Assembly: GCA_964458775.1 (NCBI GenBank)
Contig: CAYWLQ010000003.1
Location: 17,923-81,922, forward strand
From: an uncultured Myxococcales bacterium
Lineage (GTDB): Bacteria > Myxococcota_A > Polyangia > JAAYKL01
Reading direction: 5' to 3'
DNA length: 64,000 nt
The notes below the pieces were generated by a model. It ran no database searches and was not told the origin of the DNA. It saw only the letters and a list, made by a program, of their open reading frames with translations. The first letter of the stretch is position 1; the number at the start of each line of letters is the position of its first letter. This document shows positions 9,728 to 19,164 of the stretch, piece by piece. Made by a program: the position numbers and the translations under genes.

Positions 9728-11215
9728 CTATTTTTTGTTTTTTGTTTTCTTTGCGGCAATTTTGGCAGATTTTGCCGGATCGGCTTTTTTTGTTTTTGGT
9801 GTCTTTGCGGTTTTTGCAGCTACCTTGACTTCTTTTTCTATTTTCTTCCCTTTAGGGGGTTTGTCGGATTTTGTTTTGGTAACCCTATCTGACTTTTGGG
9901 TTTTGCCCGACATAACTGTTGCGGCTGCTTTACTTGGCTTAGATGAAACAATCTTATCCTTCTTTGGTGTTTTAGATGCTCTTGCCTTATTTAATGTCAG
10001 ATTTGTTTCTCTTGAGGATAAAGGATTGTCTTTTTTGATCTTTTTAGATTCCTTTGAGGTTACTTGTTTGGAAGCTTTTTTTAAAGATATATCATTTTTT
10101 TTATCAGACTCTAAAACGGACTTTTTGGCAGTTTTTTTCTGTTCTCTCTTTTGTTTAGCATTATCAGCTTCTTCGGTTGTATTTTTAGGAGAAGCCTGTT
10201 CTTTTAAGGCTTTTTTCTCTAATTTCTTTATATTTTTGTCTTTTTCGGTACGGCTCAAAATTGCCGTTTCTTCTTCAAGCAAATAGAAGTCATTGTCGTC
10301 AGATACTATTGCGTCGATGTCAGTTGAAGTATCGGCAAGTTTTTTCTGTATTGAACGTTTCAAAGATTTCTTTAGAGCTGCTTTTCTTTCATCATCAGCT
10401 TCGCGAAGTGAAGGATCTTTTTTCTGCCTTTTCTGTGTTCCGTCTTCTGAATCAGGTTCGATTGCAGACTTTTTCTCTGTGATAGGTTCCCTTAATGTTT
10501 GAGGTTTAAGATATTCTATGCGAGCAACCATCCGTCCGCAGGCAGGACACATTGCAATTTTTTCGCCGTTATTGAGCTTGGAAGCAATAGCGGTCGGCAT
10601 TTGCATGCAGCATACAGTACATACTCCGTCTCTTAGAATGGTTAGCCCGACTCCGGAACGGGAACTTTTCAATCTGTCGTAGAGTTTAAGTAGTAAGGAA
10701 GGAATTCCTTCAATCTCTTTTTCTCTTTGCTTTTCGAGTTCTTGAATTTCAAGTTGCAGTTTTAGAATTTCTGCTTCAGGTCCGTTGCTGTGATTTTCCA
10801 GCTCCTCGGTACGTTCTGCAGCTCTTGCAACAGCGTCCTCTCTCTCTCTTCTCAGTCTTAGGAGCTGTTCTGCAGTTTCTTCTATAAGACTCTCTAACTT
10901 TTCTTCTTCTATTTTGAGTGCTTCGGTTGATGAGCGTGTTCTCGGTTTAGGAGAACCCGCCTTGGTTGTCATTAATCCCTTAATAGCACTGCGAATATCC
11001 TCCAATGTATTCAAATACATTTGATTCTGATTCTCAGTAGAAACCACAGTATCGTCTATGTTAACTATTTCTGATTTAATTCTAGATAGTTCTATGTCTT
11101 CTTCTTTAGACCGTTGATAGTATATATGAATCTGTTGGTCGAGCTTTCTAATTTTAAGGTCAGTGGCCTGAACCTTGAGTAATTGCTCGAGCAATTTAGC
11201 ATTCCAATTTTTCAT
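9728..11215 (-). CDS. Coiled-coil zinc-ribbon protein (COG1579/DUF164-like) with a C-terminal lysine-rich tail of about 250 aa
   Basis: The N-terminal ~245 aa are coiled coil plus a CxxC...CxxC ribbon (CTVCCMQMP...CPACGRMV). The C-terminal half is a K/A/S/T/P-rich basic low-complexity tail (...KTAKTPKTKKADPAKSAKIAAKKTKNKK). ATG 11215 is preferred over TTG 11218 because AAAGAGGG lies upstream. Confidence 0.7.
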   Translation of the reverse strand: MKNWNAKLLEQLLKVQATDLKIRKLDQQIHIYYQRSKEEDIELSRIKSEIVNIDDTVVSTENQNQMYLNTLEDIRSAIKGLMTTKAGSPKPRTRSSTEALKIEEEKLESLIEETAEQLLRLRREREDAVARAAERTEELENHSNGPEAEILKLQLEIQELEKQREKEIEGIPSLLLKLYDRLKSSRSGVGLTILRDGVCTVCCMQMPTAIASKLNNGEKIAMCPACGRMVARIEYLKPQTLREPITEKKSAIEPDSEDGTQKRQKKDPSLREADDERKAALKKSLKRSIQKKLADTSTDIDAIVSDDNDFYLLEEETAILSRTEKDKNIKKLEKKALKEQASPKNTTEEADNAKQKREQKKTAKKSVLESDKKNDISLKKASKQVTSKESKKIKKDNPLSSRETNLTLNKARASKTPKKDKIVSSKPSKAAATVMSGKTQKSDRVTKTKSDKPPKGKKIEKEVKVAAKTAKTPKTKKADPAKSAKIAAKKTKNKK

Positions 11216-11449
11216 CAACGCCCTCTTTCAATTTTTATCTCATATACTAATCCGGATAAAATGTCAAAAATATCCTCATGTTGTAGTAATGATTATGTTA
11301 TTTGTAAAATTTGGAATACCTTTAAATTCCATAATAACAACAATTTGGCATGAAAATTTTGCATAAACGGTTTAAAAGGTTTTTTGGTTGAAGCTTTCAA
11401 GGTTTCGGAGATATCGAAAATTGTTTGATGTAATGGAGTCTTTTTAATT

Positions 11450-12202
11450 TTGTCTGTAATCCTTATAATTGCGGCGTTCTTATCAACAGGATTTATTTCT
11501 CAAAATAGTTTTGGATCGGACAATAACACACATAGTATACCGAACATGTATTATAAAGGCTCTGAGTCGTGCACTGCACGCACTGTATATAACAATGAAC
11601 AAATATACAATAAAAACAGCACTATTTATGTAGAACAAATAATAGAAGCTCTCAAAACCTCAATGTCTAAAGTTTTTTCAGTAAAGGGAGACTTTTCCCA
11701 AGGTATTGTCTGCAACGATTACAATGTGAATACCGAAATGAAAGGTGTTTTTGAAATAAAAAGACCGAACAAGTATCAGTTGAAATATTCTTATCCGGCA
11801 AAATACTATTTTATCTCAGACGGAAATAACTCTTTTTTTTACGATAAATCATATAACCGAGTATATGTAATACCAACTGAAAATAGTTTTTTGGCTGATG
11901 CATCATCGATCATTTACGGTGTTATAACCGATAAATTTGAGATTGCTTATATGGGTTACCAAAATATAGGAGAAGAATCTCTCAAAGTCATTCGCGTGAT
12001 ACCCAAAGATACCTATCCGTTAATAAAAGAATTTCTACTTACGGTATCCGACAAACCGCCCTTTATTAGGAGAATTACGGTAGTTGATCTTTCAGGATGT
12101 ATAATTAAAACGACTTTTAAGAATGTACGGTTTAATACAGGTGCTAAAGACAGCAGGTTTAAGTTTTCGCCTCCCAAAAATGCACAAATCATTACTCCTT
12201 GA
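11450..12202 (+). CDS. LolA-like outer-membrane lipoprotein carrier protein
   Basis: TTG start with GGAG about 10 nt upstream. Signal peptide (ILIIAAFLSTGFISQNSFG). The core is LolA-like: FEIKRPNKYQLKYSYPAKYYFISDGNNSFFYDKSYNRVYV. Confidence 0.6.
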   Translation: MSVILIIAAFLSTGFISQNSFGSDNNTHSIPNMYYKGSESCTARTVYNNEQIYNKNSTIYVEQIIEALKTSMSKVFSVKGDFSQGIVCNDYNVNTEMKGVFEIKRPNKYQLKYSYPAKYYFISDGNNSFFYDKSYNRVYVIPTENSFLADASSIIYGVITDKFEIAYMGYQNIGEESLKVIRVIPKDTYPLIKEFLLTVSDKPPFIRRITVVDLSGCIIKTTFKNVRFNTGAKDSRFKFSPPKNAQIITP

Positions 12203-12233
12203 TTGTATTTCTTTTACAATTTCAGATTGATAT

Positions 12234-13955
12234 TTGTATATTCAGATAGTGCTACTCGAACGCCATAAGTTTATTCCAATGACGGTTGATGAGATGAATG
12301 CTCAGCATATTAGAGAGCTTGATGTTCTTCTGATTACCGGTGATGCATATTTTGATCACCCAAGTCACGGCGCTGCTGTAATTGGAAGGGTATTGATAAA
12401 AGCAGGATATCGCGTGGGTCTTATTTCAGGGCCTGATTGGCGTTCAGTCGAGGACTTTATGCGCTTGGGTCGTCCGACATTGTTTGCCGGAGTTACCTCC
12501 GGAGCTGTTGATTCTATTGTAAACAACTATACAGCTTCAACAGCCAAACGAAAAACCGATGTGTATGCTCCGGGCGGAATAGGAGGCAATCGTCCGGATA
12601 CAGCGGCTCTTGTTTATGCATCTCGCGTTAAAGAAGCCTTTCCTAAACTTCCGGTGGTACTGGGAGGTGTTGAAGCTTCTCTGAGACGGTTTGCATATTT
12701 TGATACATTATCAAAAAAAATCAGGCGTTCAATTTTGGTTGACTCCCGCGCCGATATTCTAGTGTACGGTTCAGGTGAACGGCAAGTCTTGCAAATAGCC
12801 GAAAAGTTAGGACGAAATGAGGATCTTCGAGGTATTCCCGGTACAGCTTATTTGACACGTGACGACTTCGATATTTCTGAGGAGAAGGATATTGTTCTTC
12901 CTGATTTTGATGAGCTTTTGCAAGCACCCTATCAATTGGTTAAACAAACACTGGCTATTGAGATTGCGTCACGCCCTGGATGTTCTGTTAAAATCCGCCA
13001 ACGATATGCTGAAGGCTGGGTTATCTGCGAACCGAGACCTGTTATCAGTTCAACAGAGTTGGACAGTTACTTTGATTTGCCTTTTGTAAGAGAGGTGCAT
13101 CCTGCATATAAACAAACCGTTCCTGCTTTCGAAACAGTTCGTTGGTCAACCATATCACATAGGGGTTGTCCCGGAGGGTGCAGTTTCTGCGGATTGGCTG
13201 CGCATCAGGGAAGAGAGGTTGTCTCTCGTTCTTCTGATTCAATAATCGAAGAGATTAGAAGACTTTCAAAAGATCCGAAGTTTCGCGGAACCGTTACCGA
13301 CGTTGGCGGCCCCACCGCCAATGCCTACGGAATGCAAAGACGAAATATTTCGGCATGTAACGCCTGTCGTCGAACATCCTGCTTGTATCCTAAAATCTGT
13401 CCTCATCTCGATATTGACCCTTCACCGCTGCTTCAACTATTGGAACAAAGCCTCTGTGAGAATGGTATTAGACATGTTTTTATTGCATCCGGAATACGTC
13501 ACGATTTAGCTCTGAAACAAAAAGACCTGATAGCTATTTTGGCTGCGAGGCATATCGGCGGTCATATCAAGGCGGCTCCCGAGCATGTGTCTGCTCGCGT
13601 TTTAGAAATAATGCGAAAACCAAAATTTGAATTGTTTGAAGAATTTGAATATCTATTTCGAACAGCCTCAAGAAAGGCAAACAAGAAACAATACGTGTTG
13701 CCATACTTCATAGCCGGCTTTCCAGGATGTACCAAAGCCGACGCTGATTTGTTAACCAAAAAACTTGAAAGCAGAAATCAGACCCTTGAACAATGTCAAT
13801 CTTTCATACCTATAGCCGGTACTTCCGCAGCTGCTTTTGCATATTCAGGAAAAAACGAACATGGGCAAGACTTGTATATTCCGGATACAAAAGAATCTAA
13901 TCGACAAAAGAAGTCTTTATTAAAGCCTGTTTCAAAGCAGATAAGTAGAAGATAG
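12234..13955 (+). CDS. ygiQ: YgiQ-family radical SAM protein (UPF0313)
   Basis: Close motif-by-motif resemblance to E. coli YgiQ as I recall it: FIPMTVDEM...LLITGDAYFDHPSHG, PDWRSVEDFMRLGRPTLFAGVTSGAVDSIVNNYTA and VVLGGVEASLRRFAYFD. The Cys cluster is RGCPGGCSFC. The start is TTG 12234 or GTG 12249. Confidence 0.88.
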   Translation: MYIQIVLLERHKFIPMTVDEMNAQHIRELDVLLITGDAYFDHPSHGAAVIGRVLIKAGYRVGLISGPDWRSVEDFMRLGRPTLFAGVTSGAVDSIVNNYTASTAKRKTDVYAPGGIGGNRPDTAALVYASRVKEAFPKLPVVLGGVEASLRRFAYFDTLSKKIRRSILVDSRADILVYGSGERQVLQIAEKLGRNEDLRGIPGTAYLTRDDFDISEEKDIVLPDFDELLQAPYQLVKQTLAIEIASRPGCSVKIRQRYAEGWVICEPRPVISSTELDSYFDLPFVREVHPAYKQTVPAFETVRWSTISHRGCPGGCSFCGLAAHQGREVVSRSSDSIIEEIRRLSKDPKFRGTVTDVGGPTANAYGMQRRNISACNACRRTSCLYPKICPHLDIDPSPLLQLLEQSLCENGIRHVFIASGIRHDLALKQKDLIAILAARHIGGHIKAAPEHVSARVLEIMRKPKFELFEEFEYLFRTASRKANKKQYVLPYFIAGFPGCTKADADLLTKKLESRNQTLEQCQSFIPIAGTSAAAFAYSGKNEHGQDLYIPDTKESNRQKKSLLKPVSKQISRR

Positions 13956-14034
13956 TTCGAATTCGTTTCGGTAGGACAATACAATCATTCTCTGATTCAA
14001 TTGAATATGTCTGTGCAGCATGCGTGTTATCGCA

Positions 14035-15771
14035 CTAGCAGTGTTCAAGTGTTCCCGCTTGTTGAAGTGCTGTTCTTAGAGGAGCTATTCCTGTTGCATT
14101 GCGTCCTCTGCGATTTCTTAAAACAATTATTTCTTCTTTGAGATCCGGAGACAAGTGGTGTTCTGTCACATTCGGACAGGCTGCCAGTTTTCTTGATACC
14201 GTGGAACCCGGTTCTGTTCTCAGCACAAATACAGTTCGAATTCTATACGATGATCCGGCTAAAAAGCTTTCTGTTCCGGCTTCAATACCTATAATTCCTC
14301 CAATATGTAGTTTAGTTCGAAGCCTAACTTCTATCGGACCGTCTTTGTCTTCTCTTACAAAAAAGACGGCTTCATTGGGGGCGTCTTTACAATCGATGAG
14401 TTTGGTCAATGATTTTTGCCATTTTTTCAAGAGAGCAAAGCCTTCTAACGTTCCGTCAATCGGCAGTTCGGAACGAACATACCCGAACCACGCCGGAAGG
14501 GCTGTGATCATGCTATTAGCGATACATGCTAAGGCTGTTTCTGTGTTTCGTAGCGTTTCGGAAAAGCATGCAGCTGATATCAATGCAACAAAGGCAACGA
14601 ATGCGAGAGCGCCGGGCAATGACTTGATATCCAGTAATGAGCGGCGGCTTCTATTATAAGCATTATATAGATTAAAATACCAAGTTACATCCTGCTCATT
14701 CATTTGGCGCCAAGATCCGCCCTGTCTGGGCTTGTTCTCAACGACGGTTTTCTTTGTCATAAATAACAAAGACGCGACGGCAACAGGTAGAATTCCTGCT
14801 GCCAAGAATCCTGATGCTTGTGTTGTTATTCCCAACAGCACCGCAAGAAAGGCCAAAATTGAACGCGATGCAAAAGAGGTTCTTTTAAGCAATGCAAACT
14901 CAGCTTTCAAACCGAGTGTTTTTAAAGCGTTAATTATATATCGTGCCTTGGCGAAAGAAGTTAAGAAAGCAATCATAGAAACAAACACAAAAAGCAGCAT
15001 TCCTTTTATCGGTAGCTGCGGTTTTTTGTCAGAAAAGGTTGGCGGCGAAACGATAGATGAAGGTTGTACGGGTGCGACAGATATTGTTTCATCGGTGTAA
15101 TTTTCGCTCAACGTAGATGAAATGATCTGCGAATTGAAATCTAATACGACCCTCATAGGATACCACTTTACCGGTCTAAATTTGATTAGACTGACATAGT
15201 CGTCTGAAACCGTTGAGACATAGTCTTCGGAAACTGACTTATCAACGTTTATTGCGGCTGAAAATCTCGATTCGGGAAGTCTGATACGAATCTCCATATT
15301 GTCCAAACCAACGTCCCATATTAGCGGAGTCCAATCGAATTTGGCGCGTCCTCCTTGAATTCGAAGAACTTTTTTTGCTACAAAATCAATTTGATGGACA
15401 ATTCGAAAAGTAATTCCGCCTTTTCTGACATGTTTATTATCTTCGAGAAGGGCTCTGATCCTTCCGTTTCGTCCTTGTTTGAATTCAACGTTAAATTTCC
15501 TCTGATCATCTGTAAAAGCGACAGTCGCATTTTTGTCCAATACAGCATCAGGTAATTCAACAAAATCAAAGCCGTGAAAGTATCCTCCTTCAACGACAAA
15601 GCGCACATCGGTGGTAACAATCGAAGGACCTTCGGAAGCCATGTCCACAGTAATAGCTACATTAAATAAATGCGCTGAAGTCCAGGCGCTAACCGGTAAG
15701 GCAGATGCTAATACAGTAAGTATCGAAAATGCCTGAATAACCCTCAAGTAGTTTTTGAGATATCCATTCAT
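14035..15771 (-). CDS. Hypothetical exported/polytopic membrane protein
   Basis: 578 aa. Signal peptide (ILTVLASALPVSA), an exported domain of about 230 aa, several hydrophobic helices (MLLFVFVSMIAFL, ILAFLAVLLGITTQASGFLAAGILPVAVASLLF, ALAFVAFVALISAACF) and a soluble C-terminal domain. No family recognised. Confidence 0.55.
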   Translation of the reverse strand: MNGYLKNYLRVIQAFSILTVLASALPVSAWTSAHLFNVAITVDMASEGPSIVTTDVRFVVEGGYFHGFDFVELPDAVLDKNATVAFTDDQRKFNVEFKQGRNGRIRALLEDNKHVRKGGITFRIVHQIDFVAKKVLRIQGGRAKFDWTPLIWDVGLDNMEIRIRLPESRFSAAINVDKSVSEDYVSTVSDDYVSLIKFRPVKWYPMRVVLDFNSQIISSTLSENYTDETISVAPVQPSSIVSPPTFSDKKPQLPIKGMLLFVFVSMIAFLTSFAKARYIINALKTLGLKAEFALLKRTSFASRSILAFLAVLLGITTQASGFLAAGILPVAVASLLFMTKKTVVENKPRQGGSWRQMNEQDVTWYFNLYNAYNRSRRSLLDIKSLPGALAFVAFVALISAACFSETLRNTETALACIANSMITALPAWFGYVRSELPIDGTLEGFALLKKWQKSLTKLIDCKDAPNEAVFFVREDKDGPIEVRLRTKLHIGGIIGIEAGTESFLAGSSYRIRTVFVLRTEPGSTVSRKLAACPNVTEHHLSPDLKEEIIVLRNRRGRNATGIAPLRTALQQAGTLEHC

Positions 15772-15879
15772 AGGTTCAAGATATGATTAAACATTTAAGA
15801 AAATCAAATTTTGTGACGAAATGTATGTCGTTTCCTACATTTTTGTTCCGCCATTTCATTGAGAACTAATATTTTCGCT

Positions 15880-15937
15880 CAATCTTGAACCTGATGGTTT
15901 TCAATAAAATCAAGATTGTCTTCAAAGATTGTCTTCA
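15880..15937. repeat. 9-bp inverted repeat plus exact 13-bp tandem duplication in a divergent promoter region
   Basis: The inverted repeat is CAATCTTGA (15880-15888) and TCAAGATTG (15910-15918). AAGATTGTCTTCA occurs twice in tandem (15912-15924 and 15925-15937). The element lies between the divergent genes at 15771 (-) and 16172 (+). Confidence 0.6.
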
Positions 15938-16171
15938 ATGGGGCCAAGTGGATCGAATTGATATTGTTGCTGAAATTGGAGACATATTTGTCTGGGCAAA
16001 TTGCCTAGTCATTGTTCTATAGATCAAGGAGAAATCGGAATTTAATAGGTTTTTTTATTTGTTGTAAACTATTTGTATTTAAACTTGATAGAAATTTACA
16101 GTTTACTCGACAAGATTTTATTTTTGTGGAAGACCACACTTAAGTAATGCGTTGAAGCAATTTAAGAGGTA

Positions 16172-17278
16172 ATGCATTTGACGGTCGAATTGAAATTGGA
16201 TGTCAAGGAAGACAGTACACCTGTTTTTGTTCGGTTTTCAGGACACTTGACGCGACATACTGTATCAGATGCTTTTAAGCAGCTTGAGACGGTCTTTCAG
16301 TTTAAGCGCAAAACGGTTTTTGATTTTAAGGATGTTGTTTCAATTGATAGTGCGGGTTTGGCGTTGGTGTCCTACGGACTTAGAAACTTGGGAACAGGGT
16401 CAAACGGATTGACCTTGTCCGGTGTAACAAAGGAAATAAGCAAAGCATTTGAGCTTGCCGGATGGTCCTCAGAATCTGCAAAAAGAGATGATGAGACAGA
16501 AGTCGGCATAACCGAGTCGATCGGAGGAGAAGTGTCCGGGGCGTTTGAGGGGGGTGTTTACTACATGCATCTTGTGGTGGAAACGCTCTATCACGGCATT
16601 GTTATGCCGTTTAAGGGTGAAAAACCTAGAATTCGAATATTCTTTGAACAAATGTCCCGATTGGGTGCCGGAAGTGCTCCCATCGTTTGGCTGATAGCCC
16701 TTTTGGTAGGTTTGACTACCGCTTTTCAAGCTGCCTATCAGCTTCGCAGTTTCGGTGCGAATATTTATATTGCCGACCTTGTCAGTATATCCATGATGAC
16801 GGAACTCGGTCCTCTCATGGCTGCAATTATTGTTGCCGGAAGAAGCGGAGCTGCTATTACCGCCGAAATTGGAACCATGCAAGTCAATGAGGAGGTAGAC
16901 GCCATGCGTCTTATCGGCATTCATCCCGTTCAGTATCTTGTAGTACCAAGGGTTTTTGCTGTAATGATTGCTCAGGGTATGTTGGGCATAACTTCGGCCA
17001 TGGTGGGCATTTTCGGCGGCTTTGTAATTGCTGTTACCTCTTTGGACTTAAGTCCGATGGCTTTTGTGAACCAAGCACTAACCTCTCTTGTCGTTAATGA
17101 TGTTGTAAATAATTTGATAAAAAGCAGCATTTTCGGATTTTTGATTGTAACAGTGGGAGCGTTTTATGGAATGAGGGTATTCGGCGGAGCGGAGGGTGTG
17201 GGAAGAGCGACGACCAACTCTGTAGTAACTTCAATTTTTCTTATAATTGTAGCTGATTGTCTCTACAGTTTTACTTAA
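16172..17278 (+). CDS. MlaE-family ABC permease with fused N-terminal STAS domain
   Basis: The N-terminal ~100 aa are STAS/anti-sigma-antagonist-like (VFDFKDVVSIDSAGLALVSYGLRNLG). The remainder is an MlaE/Ttg2B-type core (LMAAIIVAGRSGAAITAEIGTMQVNEEVDAMRLIGIHPVQYLVVPRV). AAGAGG lies before the ATG. Confidence 0.85.
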   Translation: MHLTVELKLDVKEDSTPVFVRFSGHLTRHTVSDAFKQLETVFQFKRKTVFDFKDVVSIDSAGLALVSYGLRNLGTGSNGLTLSGVTKEISKAFELAGWSSESAKRDDETEVGITESIGGEVSGAFEGGVYYMHLVVETLYHGIVMPFKGEKPRIRIFFEQMSRLGAGSAPIVWLIALLVGLTTAFQAAYQLRSFGANIYIADLVSISMMTELGPLMAAIIVAGRSGAAITAEIGTMQVNEEVDAMRLIGIHPVQYLVVPRVFAVMIAQGMLGITSAMVGIFGGFVIAVTSLDLSPMAFVNQALTSLVVNDVVNNLIKSSIFGFLIVTVGAFYGMRVFGGAEGVGRATTNSVVTSIFLIIVADCLYSFT

Positions 17279-17283
17279 AGGCA

Positions 17284-18102
17284 ATGAAAACGCAATCTAA
17301 CCATATAAAATATCCTTTTCCGGTTGATGTTGAGGGGATAACTGTAAAGTACGGCAGCAAGACCGTTCTCGATAACGTATCGTTTAGAGCTTATGAGGGA
17401 TCCGTAAATGTAGTTATCGGCGGCAGCGGTTGCGGCAAGAGCACTCTCTTGCGACATGCTTTGGGGTTGAGCGTGCCGGCATCCGGAATTGTTAGACTTC
17501 TAGGTGTTCAACTGTCTGAGGCCAAAGAAGAACAAATACGGGCAATTAGGGGACGCATTGGAGTTTTGTTTCAAAGCGGTGCGTTGTTTTCCTCAATGTC
17601 GGTAGGCGAAAATATAGCTATTGCGGTTAGGGAAAACACCGACCTTCCTGAGCCTTTGGTTACAGAGTTGGTTCGTATGAAACTGGCATTAGTCGGTCTT
17701 GATGATGCCGTTAATAAGTACCCTGAGCAGCTGTCGGGGGGGATGAAAAAACGAGCAGCACTTGCCAGAGCAATTGCTTCAGATCCGGCAGTGCTTTTTT
17801 GTGACGAACCGTCAGCCGGTTTGGATCCGGTTGTGGCGTCTGAGCTGGACGATTTGCTTATTAGCCTTAATGAAAGATTTAAAATGACGATGGTGGTTGT
17901 AACGCACGACATAGAGAGCATAAAGAAGATCGCTCACAGAGTTGTAATGCTGGACGGCGGTAAAGTTGCAGCAGAGGGTTCTCTCGAAGAAGTTTTGCAG
18001 CACAATGATAAGAGAGTACAGGATTTCTTCAATAGGGTATCTCATGCTGATGAAAAGGCCAAAGCATCCCTATTGGCGGCAAGTCAAGGAGCAGTAAGAT
18101 GA
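17284..18102 (+). CDS. MlaF-like ABC transporter ATP-binding protein
   Basis: Walker A GGSGCGKSTL, signature LSGGMKKRAALARA, Walker B VLFCDEPSAGLDP. ATG 17284, 5 nt after the permease stop, is preferred to the track start at 17257. Confidence 0.85.
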   Translation: MKTQSNHIKYPFPVDVEGITVKYGSKTVLDNVSFRAYEGSVNVVIGGSGCGKSTLLRHALGLSVPASGIVRLLGVQLSEAKEEQIRAIRGRIGVLFQSGALFSSMSVGENIAIAVRENTDLPEPLVTELVRMKLALVGLDDAVNKYPEQLSGGMKKRAALARAIASDPAVLFCDEPSAGLDPVVASELDDLLISLNERFKMTMVVVTHDIESIKKIAHRVVMLDGGKVAAEGSLEEVLQHNDKRVQDFFNRVSHADEKAKASLLAASQGAVR

Positions 18103-19163
18103 TTTCCCGCGTGGAAAAAATTAGACTAGGTGTTTTCTTATTGGTTTCGGCAACTGTTCTTGTTTCCACTCTGGTTATAATGGCCGGTTTTAGTCTCACG
18201 AAATCAAAAGAAAAGTTTAAAGTTTATTTTAATGAGTCTGTGAGCGGATTGGAAATTGGAGCACAGGTTAAATATAACGGAGTAAGGGTGGGACAGGTTT
18301 CTGAGATTGCCATAGCCGCAAAAAATGTAAACAAAGTTATGGTAACCCTTGAGTTGGATGTCGGAATTCCGGTGAAAACTGATTCCAAGGCTGTTCTAAC
18401 AGGAATGGGTATTACAGGTCTAAAATTTGTGGAGATTTCGGGCGGTACAGATCAGGCTGAACAGGTACCTCCAGGGGGTACTATTCAGGCAGGACGTTCG
18501 TTTATGGGAATTATCGGAGGAAAAGCAGAGGATATTACCGTTAAAATGGAGCTTGCTCTAAACAAAATCAACGCTGTTATGAGTGATCAGAATATATCGA
18601 ATATTGAAGATATAATAGCCAATGTTAAGAATATTTCGGTAACCGTAGACAAATTGGCATCTGAAAGCACCAACAAATTTTCAAAAATAATGGATGAATT
18701 GGCAAAAGCTTCTTCTGATATTGGTGACGGCGCTGCTGCTGCTAAAAGCGGAATGGTGCAGTTGGATAATCTTGTAAAAAGCTCCAGTCCGGGTGTGGAT
18801 GAAATAGTAAAAAATACAGCACAGGCTACAGCAAGTTTTAGAAAAACCGCAAATGACCTCTCAAAGATTAATGAAATACTTTCGCGACTAAGCAGTACAG
18901 TAAAAGATGTTCAGGCCAAGGTGGCGGCTATCGATGCTGCCGGAATTTCTGACGGAGTGAAATCATCTGTAGTCGAAGCTAACGCAACCTTGAGTTCGGT
19001 TCGTCGCATTGTTGATACATCGAGAGAAAATATAACACATTCGGCAAGAAGTTTGAGGCGCACTATGCGCTATCTAGAGGAATTTAGCTCAACAATTAGA
19101 GATCAACCATCCTTGCTGTTGAGCAGCAAAAAACAAAAGGACAAAGCGGGGCCGGAGGACTGA
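18099..19163 (+). CDS. MlaD/MCE-domain protein with long helical C-terminal extension
   Basis: N-terminal TM anchor, an MCE domain (FKVYFNESVSGLEIGAQVKYNGVRVGQVSEI...) and a helical tail of about 200 aa. An ATGA start/stop overlap joins it to the ATPase gene. Confidence 0.8.
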   Translation: MISRVEKIRLGVFLLVSATVLVSTLVIMAGFSLTKSKEKFKVYFNESVSGLEIGAQVKYNGVRVGQVSEIAIAAKNVNKVMVTLELDVGIPVKTDSKAVLTGMGITGLKFVEISGGTDQAEQVPPGGTIQAGRSFMGIIGGKAEDITVKMELALNKINAVMSDQNISNIEDIIANVKNISVTVDKLASESTNKFSKIMDELAKASSDIGDGAAAAKSGMVQLDNLVKSSSPGVDEIVKNTAQATASFRKTANDLSKINEILSRLSSTVKDVQAKVAAIDAAGISDGVKSSVVEANATLSSVRRIVDTSRENITHSARSLRRTMRYLEEFSSTIRDQPSLLLSSKKQKDKAGPED

Positions 19164-19164
19164 T

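Noticed and set aside
9735-10286. A 183-aa Phe/Ser/Leu-rich plus-strand ORF, with smaller ones at 10261..10502
   Set aside because: It is the mirror image of the Lys-rich (AAA/AAG) tail of the minus-strand zinc-ribbon gene. It is low-complexity antisense sequence with no RBS.
11346-11363. A sigma54-like TGGCAT-N-TTTGCA element upstream of the LolA-like gene
   Set aside because: The GG and GC dinucleotides are separated by 12 nt instead of the strictly required 10 nt, so it is unlikely to be a functional -24/-12 promoter.
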